Assembly: GCA_023261685.1 (NCBI GenBank)
Contig: JAHFOM010000001.1
Span: 1 to 42,510, forward strand
Length of the DNA stretch: 42,510 bases
Direction: 5' to 3'
Origin: Candidatus Moraniibacteriota bacterium
Lineage (GTDB): Bacteria; Patescibacteriota; Minisyncoccia; Moranbacterales; UBA1568
The notes beneath the pieces are model-generated. The model worked only from the letters and a program-made list of their open reading frames with translations, had not been told where the DNA came from and made no database searches. Each line of letters begins with the position of its first letter. The first letter of the stretch is position 1. The translations under genes were made by a program, and so were the position numbers. This document shows positions 1-9,678 of the stretch, piece after piece.

Positions 1-891
1 CCCTATCCCGAAAGAAAGATTTCCAAACATACCCGCCCCGGCCGCTGTATGGGCGACACGTGACACGCCAGAGCGATCATTACCGATGAACGCTGACTTC
101 TTCAGTTCGATAGTTCCAGATCCGCCGTACGCCCCGACTTCCATACCCTCGCGCCGGTTATTGCGAAAACTATTTTTCTTGCCAAAAACAGATGCTCCGT
201 CAAGCACCAGCTTGGCGCCGCTCCCTTTATTGTCATTGAAACGATTATCTTCGAGCCATGCCTTGGTACCGAGAGCCAGATCTATACCGTCGCTGCCGTT
301 GGACACGATGTCGCTATTGATGAGCACGATGAAGCGCCTCTCTGAAAAGATACCAGCTTTGTCATTGTCAGAAATTCTTACTGTATCGATGAGCACGCGG
401 TGCTTCTTGTCTCTCGGAGCCGAATCGATATGAATACCGTCGCGATCACTTTTTTTCACAACTACGTCAAAAATATGCGCTTTGGCATCTTCCGCAATCC
501 GCACACCGTGGCGCCCGCCCTTGATTGTCACGTGACTGAGCTCCGTATCGTCCTTCATCGTCACCGTCGGCTTATCATTACTGTCGGACTCAATGATAAC
601 CTTGTCGCGCTTCTCACTCTCGCCAAAAACCTTCACTCCTTTAGGAATGGTGATGTTTTCTTCGTAGGTGCCATTCTTGACCCGCACTTCTGTTCCAGAC
701 TTGGCCTTGTGAAGCGCCTTGGAAATACTGTGGTAGGGCCGTGAGGCTGTCCCTTCTTCATCTCCTTTGGCATCGTTATCAACATAGACCACTTTGGAAC
801 CGCCAAACACAAAAACCGGTACCACCAAAAGCACCGTCACAAAAAGTCCGATAAAAACCTCTTTGGAAAGCCAAAATGCGCGCATCTGCAT
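1..891 (-). CDS. Secreted/anchored right-handed parallel beta-helix (pectin-lyase-fold, DUF1565-like) protein; 3' end runs off the window
   Basis: Manual translation from ATG at 891: MQMRAFWLSKEVFIGLFVTVLLVVPVFVFGGSKVVYVDNDAKGDEEGTASRPYHSISKAL...KNGTYEENITI; 'YVD..G..GT...PY..I..A' start motif and repeated 'N..GI' turns; open to base 1; absent from ORF track because no stop in window. Confidence 0.8.
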   Translation of the reverse strand, partial: MQMRAFWLSKEVFIGLFVTVLLVVPVFVFGGSKVVYVDNDAKGDEEGTASRPYHSISKALHKAKSGTEVRVKNGTYEENITIPKGVKVFGESEKRDKVIIESDSNDKPTVTMKDDTELSHVTIKGGRHGVRIAEDAKAHIFDVVVKKSDRDGIHIDSAPRDKKHRVLIDTVRISDNDKAGIFSERRFIVLINSDIVSNGSDGIDLALGTKAWLEDNRFNDNKGSGAKLVLDGASVFGKKNSFRNNRREGMEVGAYGGSGTIELKKSAFIGNDRSGVSRVAHTAAGAGMFGNLSFGIG

Positions 892-921
892 ACAAATAGA
901 GAATCAATGATTAAACATCAC

Positions 922-950
922 ATACTAGCAAATTTCCGCATTTTTGTCAA
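922..950 (-). promoter_or_regulatory. sigma70 promoter of beta-helix gene
   Basis: Minus strand TTGACA-17bp-TAGTAT with TGn extension. Confidence 0.65.
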
Positions 951-999
951 TACCGTTGTTTTCCGCTACAATAAAAGAGAAAGATATAGAACTATCATT

Positions 1000-1142
1000 G
1001 AAAAACACAGCTTTCAAAACACAAATGTCCAAACAAAACACAATCCCAGAAACACAAAATCCAAACGCCTGATTTTACTGTTTATGCTTTGAATATTGTG
1101 CTTTGTGATTTGTTTGGTTTTTGTGCTTTTGGATTTGAACTT
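1000..1142. repeat. Low-complexity inverted repeat array (AAACACA / TGTGCTTT-type units)
   Basis: C/A-rich repeated arm followed by complementary T/G-rich arm; related to 23540-23665. Confidence 0.65.
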
Positions 1143-1168
1143 CTATTCATAATTTCTCTCAAAAACCT

Positions 1169-3277
1169 ATGCACCTCGAAACACTTTTTTCACCAAAATC
1201 CATCGCGGTCATCGGCGCTTCCACCACCGAGGGCTCCGTCGGCTGGAGCCTCACCGCCAATCTCTTCAAAAACGGCTACGCTGGAAAAATCTATCCCGTC
1301 AATCCGAAAACTGACACGCTCTTCGATATCCCCTGCTACCCAAACATCGCCGCCATCCCGGATGCTGTGGATGTCGCTATCATTATCATTCCCGCGGCAG
1401 CCGTTCCCGGCGCGCTCCGCGAAGCCGGCATCAAAGGCGTCAAGGGCGTCAGTATCATTTCCGCCGGCTTCAAGGAAAGTGGCGAGGCGGGCAGGCGACT
1501 CGAGGAAGAAATACTGGCGATAGCCAAAGAATACGACATCGCGCTCCTCGGTCCCAACTGCTTGGGATTTCTCCGTCCCGCGCTCGGGCTCAATGCTTCT
1601 TTCGCCAAACGGATGCCGACAGATGGAAACATCGCTTTTTTTTCACAGAGCGGAGCGTTGTGCACGGCGCTTCTCGACCTTTCCGCAGATATTCTGGGAT
1701 TCTCTCATTTCATCAGCATCGGCAACAAAACCATCATCGGCGAGAATGAACTCCTTTCCTTTTTGGCGCAAGACGAGCAGGTTCGGCTTATCAGTTTTTA
1801 TTCCGAAGGACTCACGAATAGCCAGAAATGCATCGCTACCGGACACGCTCTCCTCTCGCGGGCGCGCAGTCTTCCTGTCATCGCTCTCAAATCAGGCACC
1901 ACCGCGGCCGGTACGGAAGCATCGAGCTCGCATACCGGTGCGCTCGCCGGCAGCGATGCCGCTTACCACGCGCTCCTCAAGCAATCTCGAATAATCCGTG
2001 CCGATAGTCTTGAAAATCTTCTCGATCTTCTGGTAGTTTTTTCCAAGAATGCCCTCCCCGAAGGCAATCGCATCGGCATCATCACCAACGCCGGAGGACT
2101 CGGCGTACTTGCTACCGACAGTGCCGTGCAAAGCGGACTGACGCTCGCCAGGCTCTCTCCGGAAACCAAGGACAAACTTCGCGTTCTCCCTCCGGCCGCC
2201 AACATCCACAATCCGATAGACGTCTTAGGCGACGCGCTGGCTGATCGCTACTCTCTGGCCATCAATACACTCGTCGATGCCCCGGAAGTAGATATGCTTC
2301 TTGTCATCATTACGCCCCAAACGATGACCGAAGCCAAAGAAACTGCCGAAGCCATCGTCGATGCCAAAGCACGCTCAGCAAAACCCATTGTTGCCGTCTA
2401 TGCCGGGAAGGAATCATTGACAGAGGGTCTGGCTGTCCTGCAAAAAAACGATGTCGCGGTACTCACCTATCCCGAAGCCGGCGCGGAGGCGCTTGCCGCG
2501 CTCGCACAGGTCGGCGCGTGGCGCAGAAACGCTCTCCCCGCAACGTTTGCATTCGATGACATCGACCGGGATGCGGTAACTGCTATTATCACAGCAGCCA
2601 AACAAGAACAACGAGCGAGTCTCTCCGAAACAGAAGTATCCGCTCTTCTCAGAGCCTATGGTTTCCCGCTTCTTGAAAGTCATATCATACACAACAAAGA
2701 AGAGGCGCTGGTCATCACCAAGACATTTGGCAAGCCGACTGTTATGAAAATCATCTCACCGGACATCATCCACAAATCCGATGTCGGCGGAGTGATACTC
2801 GATGTCGCCCCGGACAAAGGAGGAGAGACGTATGAAACACTGATGACACAGGTGAAAGCCCATCTCCCGGAAGCGCGCATTACGGGCGTACTCATCGCCG
2901 AAATGGCAGAAAAAAATAATAGCCATGAAATCATCCTCGGACTAAAAAGAGAACCGGGGCTCGGCACGCTCGTGCTGACGGGACTCGGCGGTATTTTCGT
3001 AGAGACGTTCAAAGATGTAGCGATGCGCTTTGCTCCGCTCAATCAGGAAGATGCGAAGGAAATGCTCCATGAACTGAAAAGCTTCCCTATTTTGGAAGGC
3101 ACGCGCGGGCAAACGGGCATCCATATCGAAACGCTCATCACGATGATCGGACGCCTCTCGCAACTGGCGGCTGATTTTCCAGAAATCACGGAACTCGATA
3201 TCAATCCCGTTCTCGCCTTCTCCGATCCTCACAAATTTCGTGTTCTCGATGCCCGCATCACTATCGAATCAGTATAA
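1169..3277 (+). CDS. Acetate--CoA ligase (ADP-forming), fused alpha/beta
   Basis: CoA-binding 'PKSIAVIGAS', 'GPNCLG', 'SQSG', phospho-His motif 'SSHTGALAG', C-terminal ATP-grasp 'HKSDVGGV' and 'ELDINP'. Confidence 0.92.
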   Translation: MHLETLFSPKSIAVIGASTTEGSVGWSLTANLFKNGYAGKIYPVNPKTDTLFDIPCYPNIAAIPDAVDVAIIIIPAAAVPGALREAGIKGVKGVSIISAGFKESGEAGRRLEEEILAIAKEYDIALLGPNCLGFLRPALGLNASFAKRMPTDGNIAFFSQSGALCTALLDLSADILGFSHFISIGNKTIIGENELLSFLAQDEQVRLISFYSEGLTNSQKCIATGHALLSRARSLPVIALKSGTTAAGTEASSSHTGALAGSDAAYHALLKQSRIIRADSLENLLDLLVVFSKNALPEGNRIGIITNAGGLGVLATDSAVQSGLTLARLSPETKDKLRVLPPAANIHNPIDVLGDALADRYSLAINTLVDAPEVDMLLVIITPQTMTEAKETAEAIVDAKARSAKPIVAVYAGKESLTEGLAVLQKNDVAVLTYPEAGAEALAALAQVGAWRRNALPATFAFDDIDRDAVTAIITAAKQEQRASLSETEVSALLRAYGFPLLESHIIHNKEEALVITKTFGKPTVMKIISPDIIHKSDVGGVILDVAPDKGGETYETLMTQVKAHLPEARITGVLIAEMAEKNNSHEIILGLKREPGLGTLVLTGLGGIFVETFKDVAMRFAPLNQEDAKEMLHELKSFPILEGTRGQTGIHIETLITMIGRLSQLAADFPEITELDINPVLAFSDPHKFRVLDARITIESV

Positions 3278-4498
3278 TCATCTCGAAGATGGTCTCATCA
3301 ATGAAGCGTATATTTTCAAGAGCTCCCTGAGAAAATTTTCCGCAGTCAAATCACTCACACTCTCTGCCGCCCGTACCCGAATCGGTTCCAACGACAATGA
3401 AGGAAGCTTCTCGATCAAATCCTTCAGTGCCTGGGAATCGGAAGCCGGAAAAAGAAATCCATTGACTCCGTGGATAATCCTCTCTGTCATTCCGCCCCTC
3501 TCGGTCGCCAGCACCACGCATCCAGATTGCAAACTCTCAATCACCGTATAGGGGAAATTCTCATACCATACCGAAGGAATGATGACTGCCTGAACCCGCC
3601 GCTTCAATATTTCTAATTCCGTGCCATAGAGAGCTCCCAAGAAACTCACTCGGTCCATCATATTTTTTTCTCGTGTCAGCTGTTCCAGCTTTTTTCGTTC
3701 CGGTCCATCGCCGACTATCCACAACTTCTGTTCCTTCCCCAAAAGTGCCCACGTTTCTAGCAGCGTATCCACTCCTTTTTCCGAAGAAAGCCGTCCAAAA
3801 AATAAAAAAGTATTCGCTTCGCGCCCCGTTGCATCGGTCGGAACAGAAGCTGACAAAAGCGGATTCGGCAAAAAACTGATTTCCGCTCGAAAACCAAGCG
3901 AGTGATACTTCTCAATAAGAAACCGGCTCGGTGCGATGAAACGATCTACCACACCATAACTGCGAAGACATCGGTGGAGCCACTGTTCCATCGCGCACAC
4001 CAGACTCTTGAAGAAAGAATCTTTGACGCACCGATCGATGAGACAGCGGATGCCGGAGGTATGTTCCCAGATCTTTCCGCGCACAAACAGATTGTAATTC
4101 GGGGAAACGAGCTTGTAATCATGCAACGTCATCACGACGGGAATATGGTGCTTTTTGAGGGGCCAGAAAATCGCCGGGGAGAGCTGGTGGTAGATGTTGT
4201 GCAGATGCGCGATATCCGGATGAAAGTCCTCGATCAGCTTTTCCAGTTTCTTGTGGGCTTCGAAATTGAACAGTATTTTCCCGGCAAGAACAATCTTTTT
4301 CCAAAAAGAAAGTGCCTCCTGATACTCGATATTTTCGACAAAATATTTTTCCCACACGGTCGGTCGGTTCTCCGGATGATGCATAGAAAAAAAAGCTACC
4401 GTATGCCCGCGCTCTTCGAGCATCCGCGCCATATCAAAATAAGCGCGCTCGGCGCCACCCTTCAAAAAGTGGTATTTATTGATAAGAAGAATTCTCAT
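3278..4498 (-). CDS. Glycosyltransferase family 4
   Basis: 'GGAE', 'TLHDY', 'GRLSSEKG', 'PSVWYENFPYTVIES' GT-B motifs. Confidence 0.92.
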   Translation of the reverse strand: MRILLINKYHFLKGGAERAYFDMARMLEERGHTVAFFSMHHPENRPTVWEKYFVENIEYQEALSFWKKIVLAGKILFNFEAHKKLEKLIEDFHPDIAHLHNIYHQLSPAIFWPLKKHHIPVVMTLHDYKLVSPNYNLFVRGKIWEHTSGIRCLIDRCVKDSFFKSLVCAMEQWLHRCLRSYGVVDRFIAPSRFLIEKYHSLGFRAEISFLPNPLLSASVPTDATGREANTFLFFGRLSSEKGVDTLLETWALLGKEQKLWIVGDGPERKKLEQLTREKNMMDRVSFLGALYGTELEILKRRVQAVIIPSVWYENFPYTVIESLQSGCVVLATERGGMTERIIHGVNGFLFPASDSQALKDLIEKLPSLSLEPIRVRAAESVSDLTAENFLRELLKIYASLMRPSSR

Positions 4499-4563
4499 TG
4501 ACTTTGTTTCAGACCTGTGGCATTATACTATACATCCGCTTTTTTCGCAACGTACACATCCCT

Positions 4564-5223
4564 ATGAAGTATTTCCCCCTTGAAAAATTGGCTGCTGCTG
4601 TTTCGACGCGAAGTCGTCAAAAAAAATACGCTCAATTTCTCTCGTGTATCCGCCCGACAAAAGACACGACGATTCTCGATGTCGGCGTCAATACCACAGA
4701 GTACTCTCCTGCCGATAATTTTCTTGAAAAACACTACCCCTATCCAAAAAATATCACCGTCGTGGCAACTGGCAATCTCCAGGTATGGAACGCGCTCTAC
4801 CCAGAGATACGTAGTGTCGAGGCTGATGGTCGCGCTCTACCGTTCGAAGACGATCATTTTGATGTCGCTTACTCCAATGCCGTCATCGAGCATATCGGAG
4901 ACAACGCCGAGCAAGTACGCTTTCTCCGCGAACTCTGGCGCGTCAGTCGCTCTGGATTCCTGACAACCCCCAATCGTCTCTTCCCGATCGAAGTCCACAC
5001 GCGCGTCCCCCTGCTCCATCTCCTCCTCCCCAAAAAATATTTTGATTCCTTTCTGAAACGCATCGGCAAAGGCTGGGCGGCCGACGACTATATGCATCTC
5101 CTGTCAGAAAAAGAGCTCCGCTCCCTCTTCTCTCAAGCAGGCATAACGGGGTATACTCTCATACAGAACCGCTTCCTTGGTTTTCCGATGACCTTCACTA
5201 TCGTATGGAAAAAATACCAGTAA
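4564..5223 (+). CDS. Class I SAM-dependent methyltransferase
   Basis: 'ILDVG', 'DGRALPFEDDHFDVAYSNAVIEH', 'TTPN'; start moved to ATG 4564. Confidence 0.85.
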   Translation: MKYFPLEKLAAAVSTRSRQKKYAQFLSCIRPTKDTTILDVGVNTTEYSPADNFLEKHYPYPKNITVVATGNLQVWNALYPEIRSVEADGRALPFEDDHFDVAYSNAVIEHIGDNAEQVRFLRELWRVSRSGFLTTPNRLFPIEVHTRVPLLHLLLPKKYFDSFLKRIGKGWAADDYMHLLSEKELRSLFSQAGITGYTLIQNRFLGFPMTFTIVWKKYQ

Positions 5224-6569
5224 AAAATATCTGGGGAAACCCGTTCATCTGGCTGTTTTGCCTGGGATTTTTTTCGTTCGGCGTGACACTCTCTCTCATT
5301 TTTGATATCACCCTCATTCTCCCCTTGGTCGCTCTTGCTGCCATTCTCTGCCTGTTTCTCTTTTTCCGAAACCCACTCCTCTTACTCTCTCTTCTCATCA
5401 TAGTACGGATGTCGCTTGACTATTCGGCTCAGTATTTTTCGCTGACGCTCTTCGATATCAGCCTCTCCCTCTCCCAGCTTATCGGTATCGCGATAGCTTT
5501 TCTCGGTATCCTCATCATCACCCTCAAACACCGCGCCCTGCCCTCATTTCCACTCAAAACACCGTTCCTCATACTCTTTCTCTGGGGCAGTGCCACGCTC
5601 GCCTATTCTGTCGCTCCTTATGAAACCCTCGAAGAGCTTCTCCGTTTTTTCGACCTTTTCACTCTCTCGTTTCTGGCGTTCATTGGTATCGCCACGCCGT
5701 CCGACTTCAGAAAACTGTTGCTCGCTTTTTTTGCTTCCGCTTTCCTGCCGATTATTTTCGCTCTCTATCAATTTATTTTTTCCATCGGCTTCGCGGACGA
5801 TGCCGTCACCATCCCGCGCATTTTCGGCACCTTCAGCCACCCGAATATTTTCAGTCTCTATCTCTTCACGCTGATCGTTTTTGCGCTGCTCTTTTTGTTG
5901 ACCTTCATCCGTTCACAACGCGAACGCCTCTTCACGTCCATCCTGCTTGGTATCCTGACCATTACCCTCCTCCTGACATTCGCGCGCGTCGCTTGGGTGA
6001 TACTCTTTATTTTTACATTCCTCCTAGCACTCTTTCGCTACCGCTTACTGTTGATTCCACTCATTTTTTTTCCGCTCGTACTGTTCGCTTTTTCCCAAAA
6101 TTTCCAGGACCGCGTGATCGACAGCTTCACTCCCGATCCGGACAGCTCCATCGTCTGGCGCCAAAATCTCTGGTATGATGTCACGGCCAAATCCATCCAA
6201 GACGGCAATAGGTGGCTCGGCTCCGGTATGAATACCTTTCCCCTCGTTTCAGAAAGTTTGCGCGGTGCCCGTTTCGGCTCCAATGATGCGCACAATGACT
6301 TCGTCAAATTCTTCGTCGAGGGCGGTCTCATCGGTCTCTTTGTCTATGTCCTCTACTCTATCAGTATTATTGCTCTTTTGATCCGTCAGTATCGCGAGAG
6401 CGTCCATGACAGCGCGCTTCAGATCGCTTTCGGGATGATGCTCCTATTGTTCTGTTCGCTTAGTATCGCCAGCCTCTCCGACAATGTTTTCAAAAACACC
6501 CCCGTCCAATGGCTCTTCTTCATCGCCTTGGGCGGTCTCTTGGGACTCAGTAAAAAAAGTAAGCAATAA
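5205..6569 (+). CDS. O-antigen ligase/Wzy_C family membrane protein
   Basis: Many TM segments; 'RIFGTFSHPN', 'LTFAR', 'GSG', 'AHNDF..FFVEGGLIG'. Confidence 0.88.
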   Translation: MEKIPVKNIWGNPFIWLFCLGFFSFGVTLSLIFDITLILPLVALAAILCLFLFFRNPLLLLSLLIIVRMSLDYSAQYFSLTLFDISLSLSQLIGIAIAFLGILIITLKHRALPSFPLKTPFLILFLWGSATLAYSVAPYETLEELLRFFDLFTLSFLAFIGIATPSDFRKLLLAFFASAFLPIIFALYQFIFSIGFADDAVTIPRIFGTFSHPNIFSLYLFTLIVFALLFLLTFIRSQRERLFTSILLGILTITLLLTFARVAWVILFIFTFLLALFRYRLLLIPLIFFPLVLFAFSQNFQDRVIDSFTPDPDSSIVWRQNLWYDVTAKSIQDGNRWLGSGMNTFPLVSESLRGARFGSNDAHNDFVKFFVEGGLIGLFVYVLYSISIIALLIRQYRESVHDSALQIAFGMMLLLFCSLSIASLSDNVFKNTPVQWLFFIALGGLLGLSKKSKQ

Positions 6570-6621
6570 AAAAAGGCCCTAGGAAAGATTTCGTTTGCAC
6601 GAATCTCCCTAGTGACCTTGA
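6569..6621. terminator. Hairpin between convergent genes
   Basis: A-run followed by stem aagg.ctagg.agatt...aatct.cctag.cctt; gives a U-tail on the minus strand. Confidence 0.55.
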
Positions 6622-6636
6622 GTTTCTTCTTCGCGA

Positions 6637-7287
6637 TTACTGTGTAATCGCCAGATAGTATTTTTGGTACTCTGTCACCGCCTCAGGAGTCAGCTCCACT
6701 GCCGACCCATTGACGTCCAATGAGATGAGCGTGGCAACATCCTTCCCGCCCTTGTTGCGTTCAAGAATGTGGCGGGAGGATCCAAAAGGGTGTGAACCCC
6801 ATGCAATCCGCTTGCCTTTGTCATCGACAATGACAAAGGTCAGAGCCGTGACCTTTCCGAAGCTCTCTTTGGTAAAAGTGAGCTGATTAGTGACCGTCTC
6901 CGCCATAGGGGCACAAGACGTTTTGGAGAGGTCATAACGTTGACTTCCGATACCGGCCCAATCATTGCCGGCGCCGGTTATGCAAAACTGCAATCCGGCG
7001 AACCGAGCCGAATCATCAGCATAACTGACAACTTCGACTGTGCCTTTCCCGGACTCGTCCGGATATTTTTTAGCCTTTTGACTACCAGATGGCTCGTTCA
7101 GCCAAACGCCGGCATTTTTGCTGAGCGTTATATTTAACACCCCGGGCGAAACGGTTTCCACGGTCATCGTGGTTTCTCCGCCGGAACCCACAATGGGTGC
7201 GCGTGACCCGAATTGGTGGGTGGTAGCGTCGGCCAACGCCGGTTGAGACAAGAGCAAGGCGCCAAGAACAAAAACGTACTGTTTCAT
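6637..7287 (-). CDS. Hypothetical secreted protein
   Basis: Start MKQYVFVLGALLLSQPALA (signal peptide, AxA site) after SD AAGGAG. Confidence 0.75.
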   Translation of the reverse strand: MKQYVFVLGALLLSQPALADATTHQFGSRAPIVGSGGETTMTVETVSPGVLNITLSKNAGVWLNEPSGSQKAKKYPDESGKGTVEVVSYADDSARFAGLQFCITGAGNDWAGIGSQRYDLSKTSCAPMAETVTNQLTFTKESFGKVTALTFVIVDDKGKRIAWGSHPFGSSRHILERNKGGKDVATLISLDVNGSAVELTPEAVTEYQKYYLAITQ

Positions 7288-7404
7288 CTTTTCTCTCCTT
7301 TGAGAAAGGTTGCCGACAGGATTGTCGGTCAACCGGTTAAACTGAGTCAATTGGGAAACAACTCACGTTTAGTGAGTGTTTTTTACCCATTCACTAAACA
7401 TTTG

Positions 7405-7433
7405 ATTATACACCCTCCTACTCTTTTTGTCAA
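7405..7433 (-). promoter_or_regulatory. Consensus sigma70 promoter
   Basis: TTGACA-17bp-TATAAT on minus strand. Confidence 0.85.
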
Positions 7434-7442
7434 GGGCAAGGG

Positions 7443-7674
7443 CTTACATTCTATCCTAAAGTGCAATGGTTCAACCGCCAAAAGAATTTTTTGGCTCTCG
7501 TTTCACACTGTGTGAAGAAGGTCTCTCGGCTCGAAAAAAGAAGCTTCTCCGCCATTGATTGGGGGCGACTTTTTTCTCGTTCAGCCGAGAGGTCCTGATG
7601 AGTGGTGGAATGGAGACAAAAAATTACTTTTGGTGGTTGAACTGAAATGAGCAAGTATTGCACTTCAGAATAGA
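7443..7674 (+). repeat. Rod-like palindromic element copy 1 (MITE-like or ncRNA)
   Basis: Nested inverted repeats; core nearly identical to 15708-15943; right terminus ATGTAAG missing. Confidence 0.85.
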
Positions 7675-7723
7675 GCTCGGGGGGAGCTACCATAAACTAA
7701 AGGAATCCCTCCCCCTAAAAAAG

Positions 7724-7755
7724 AAAAAGGCGGGAACGTCATGATCGTTCCCGCC
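7724..7755 (-). terminator. Intrinsic terminator after LysM gene
   Basis: GGCGGGAACG-loop-CGTTCCCGCC-TTTTT on minus strand. Confidence 0.8.
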
Positions 7756-7863
7756 TGATTTGATGCATTGCATCAGTAGTGAATTTTCTTCTCTGTTCCG
7801 ATTCCAGGCCGATAGCGTGACTTACTACCCTTTTTATAGGTCCTTGGACGGAGTGAAAAGATT

Positions 7864-9558
7864 TTATTGAGTTTTCGGTATGACCGGTACCATCACGAAA
7901 CCATTGCTCGTGACGACGGCACCGGTCGTATCGATGATCTGTTTGGCACGATGTTTGGTACGAAGGACTTTAGCACCCTTCATAGCGTCACACCACCAAC
8001 CCCATGCCTGTGCGTTACCGCCGGCAATAAAGTCGTGATCATAGCCGACACCGACACCGCAAATGCGATGCGGATCAGCTATACCGATGCGGGCGCTCCC
8101 TGACTCAGCTCCAGGTTTTTCGAGGAAATACCCAAGCTGGATGTAAGGATTGAACCATTTGCCTTCGTACAACCATTGGCGTACGCCGGCATTGAAATAG
8201 AGATCAAGCTTGGAAAGCTCATCCGTATCTTCAATCGGTCTTCCTTGCCAGGAATGCGAAACGTCTCTGGAGAAGGGAAACATCAGCGTCCCGAACACTT
8301 GTGTTTCAGGAAACCATTTTTCCCCTGCCATCCTCCGCTTATAGTTGTTATAAGAGAGAGACGGACCAAACATCCCGAATTCCCGATCGCTTTCGTAGTC
8401 GCCCTGTGTGAACGACTCATCCAGCTTCCCGACGAGGAGTTTGACTTCGCTGTCCCACCCATAATCGGAGATATACTCATAGCCAGGTCCAATGGTCAAA
8501 AACTTACCCTTGAACTTGCCATCACCGCTGTTAACTTTACCATTCCACCACGAGTTCTGTGTGCCTATGCCGACACCGTGAGTCCCGTGTTCTCCGCGCC
8601 AGGTACAGTACACAGCCGCGGAGAAAAATGTGGAATGTGCGTCGTTGCCAGAATGCTTGGGTTGGTGCTCCTGTCCGATGACCAGTTTGGGATCAATCGG
8701 ACAACGTTTGGATTTTTCTTCCAAAACAGGTTCTACGGGTATGGGCAGAAGCAAACTGACTTCCGGTACCACAGTCGGAGCCTCGGGTTTAGGGAGAGAA
8801 ACTGGAATGACCCAATTCCCACACCACAGCACCTGAGCAATGACTTTCCCCGTAGAGAGAGTATATTGTCTGGCAGCAATCGCAGTGCCGGGTTTGAGTG
8901 TGCCCCAATCGGCCCGGACTTTGTGCCAGATCTCATTCTTTCCAAATGAGACTGACTCAAAGCGGTCACCGGACACAAACTGCGTCCAGGTGAACTGCTT
9001 CTGCGCTACGAGACCTTTGAGCTCAAGAATCTCTTGAGCCGTCAGTCCGTGCTGTTTCCACGCTGTTTCATTGTCGCCTCGGAAAGGATTGCCACCGACA
9101 ACCTTCCAAGAGCAATACCCTTGTGCGTCGCGCTGGCAGTCCTTCTTTTTCTCTAGGACCGTATTACGAGCAGTCAGCGTCAATGTCTTTGCAGAAGCAG
9201 CATTGACCGCCATTGCCACCATGATCTCCTTCTGAGGAGACAGGAGCAATACCTGCCCAACATGGATCCGATTGCAATCCGACAGATTGTTGATCCGGCA
9301 GACAGTCTGCCAACTGCGCGGAGCAATCGTGCTCAATGTTTCTCCCTTACGGACAATATGTGTATCCGTGGGAGTAGCCGGTTGCTGTTTCGCTATCGGT
9401 GATTTTTTCAAAACCACCAGCGACGAGACCTCTGTTTCCTGAGGCGGTAACTCCAATGCTGCGCTCGGCATTATTCTCCGGAGCGGTTCTGCAGACACTG
9501 TTTGGTTCAACAAAGAACCTCCCAGTAGCAGCAGAGCACAGATCAAAAACCTAAACAT
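7864..9558 (-). CDS. Secreted LysM-domain protein with beta-rich C-terminal domain
   Basis: Signal peptide; LysM 'HIVRKGETLSTIA...INNLSDCNRIHVGQVLLL'; Pro-rich linker; Gly/aromatic alternating C-terminus. Confidence 0.8.
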   Translation of the reverse strand: MFRFLICALLLLGGSLLNQTVSAEPLRRIMPSAALELPPQETEVSSLVVLKKSPIAKQQPATPTDTHIVRKGETLSTIAPRSWQTVCRINNLSDCNRIHVGQVLLLSPQKEIMVAMAVNAASAKTLTLTARNTVLEKKKDCQRDAQGYCSWKVVGGNPFRGDNETAWKQHGLTAQEILELKGLVAQKQFTWTQFVSGDRFESVSFGKNEIWHKVRADWGTLKPGTAIAARQYTLSTGKVIAQVLWCGNWVIPVSLPKPEAPTVVPEVSLLLPIPVEPVLEEKSKRCPIDPKLVIGQEHQPKHSGNDAHSTFFSAAVYCTWRGEHGTHGVGIGTQNSWWNGKVNSGDGKFKGKFLTIGPGYEYISDYGWDSEVKLLVGKLDESFTQGDYESDREFGMFGPSLSYNNYKRRMAGEKWFPETQVFGTLMFPFSRDVSHSWQGRPIEDTDELSKLDLYFNAGVRQWLYEGKWFNPYIQLGYFLEKPGAESGSARIGIADPHRICGVGVGYDHDFIAGGNAQAWGWWCDAMKGAKVLRTKHRAKQIIDTTGAVVTSNGFVMVPVIPKTQ

Positions 9559-9678
9559 CTTTTTTTCTCCTTCCAGAATTTCAGGGAAGGCTCAGAAGAG
9601 ATACCAGCTGAATGAAACAGCGGATACCCCAAGCAGAACCTGGTAGGGATTGCTGTTTCAGACTGCATACGTATCTCC

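Noticed and set aside
86..744. Plus-strand ORFs at window start
   Set aside because: Shadow of the minus-strand beta-helix gene 1-891
1000..1142. CRISPR array
   Set aside because: No constant repeat with unique spacers and no cas genes
7590..7620. Hammerhead ribozyme suggested by CTGATGAG
   Set aside because: No stem II followed by GAAA in the required three-way junction; the motif sits in a two-way internal loop
7451..7693. 80-aa ORF
   Set aside because: Lies within the palindromic repeat; spacing differs in copy 2, so the frame is unlikely to be conserved
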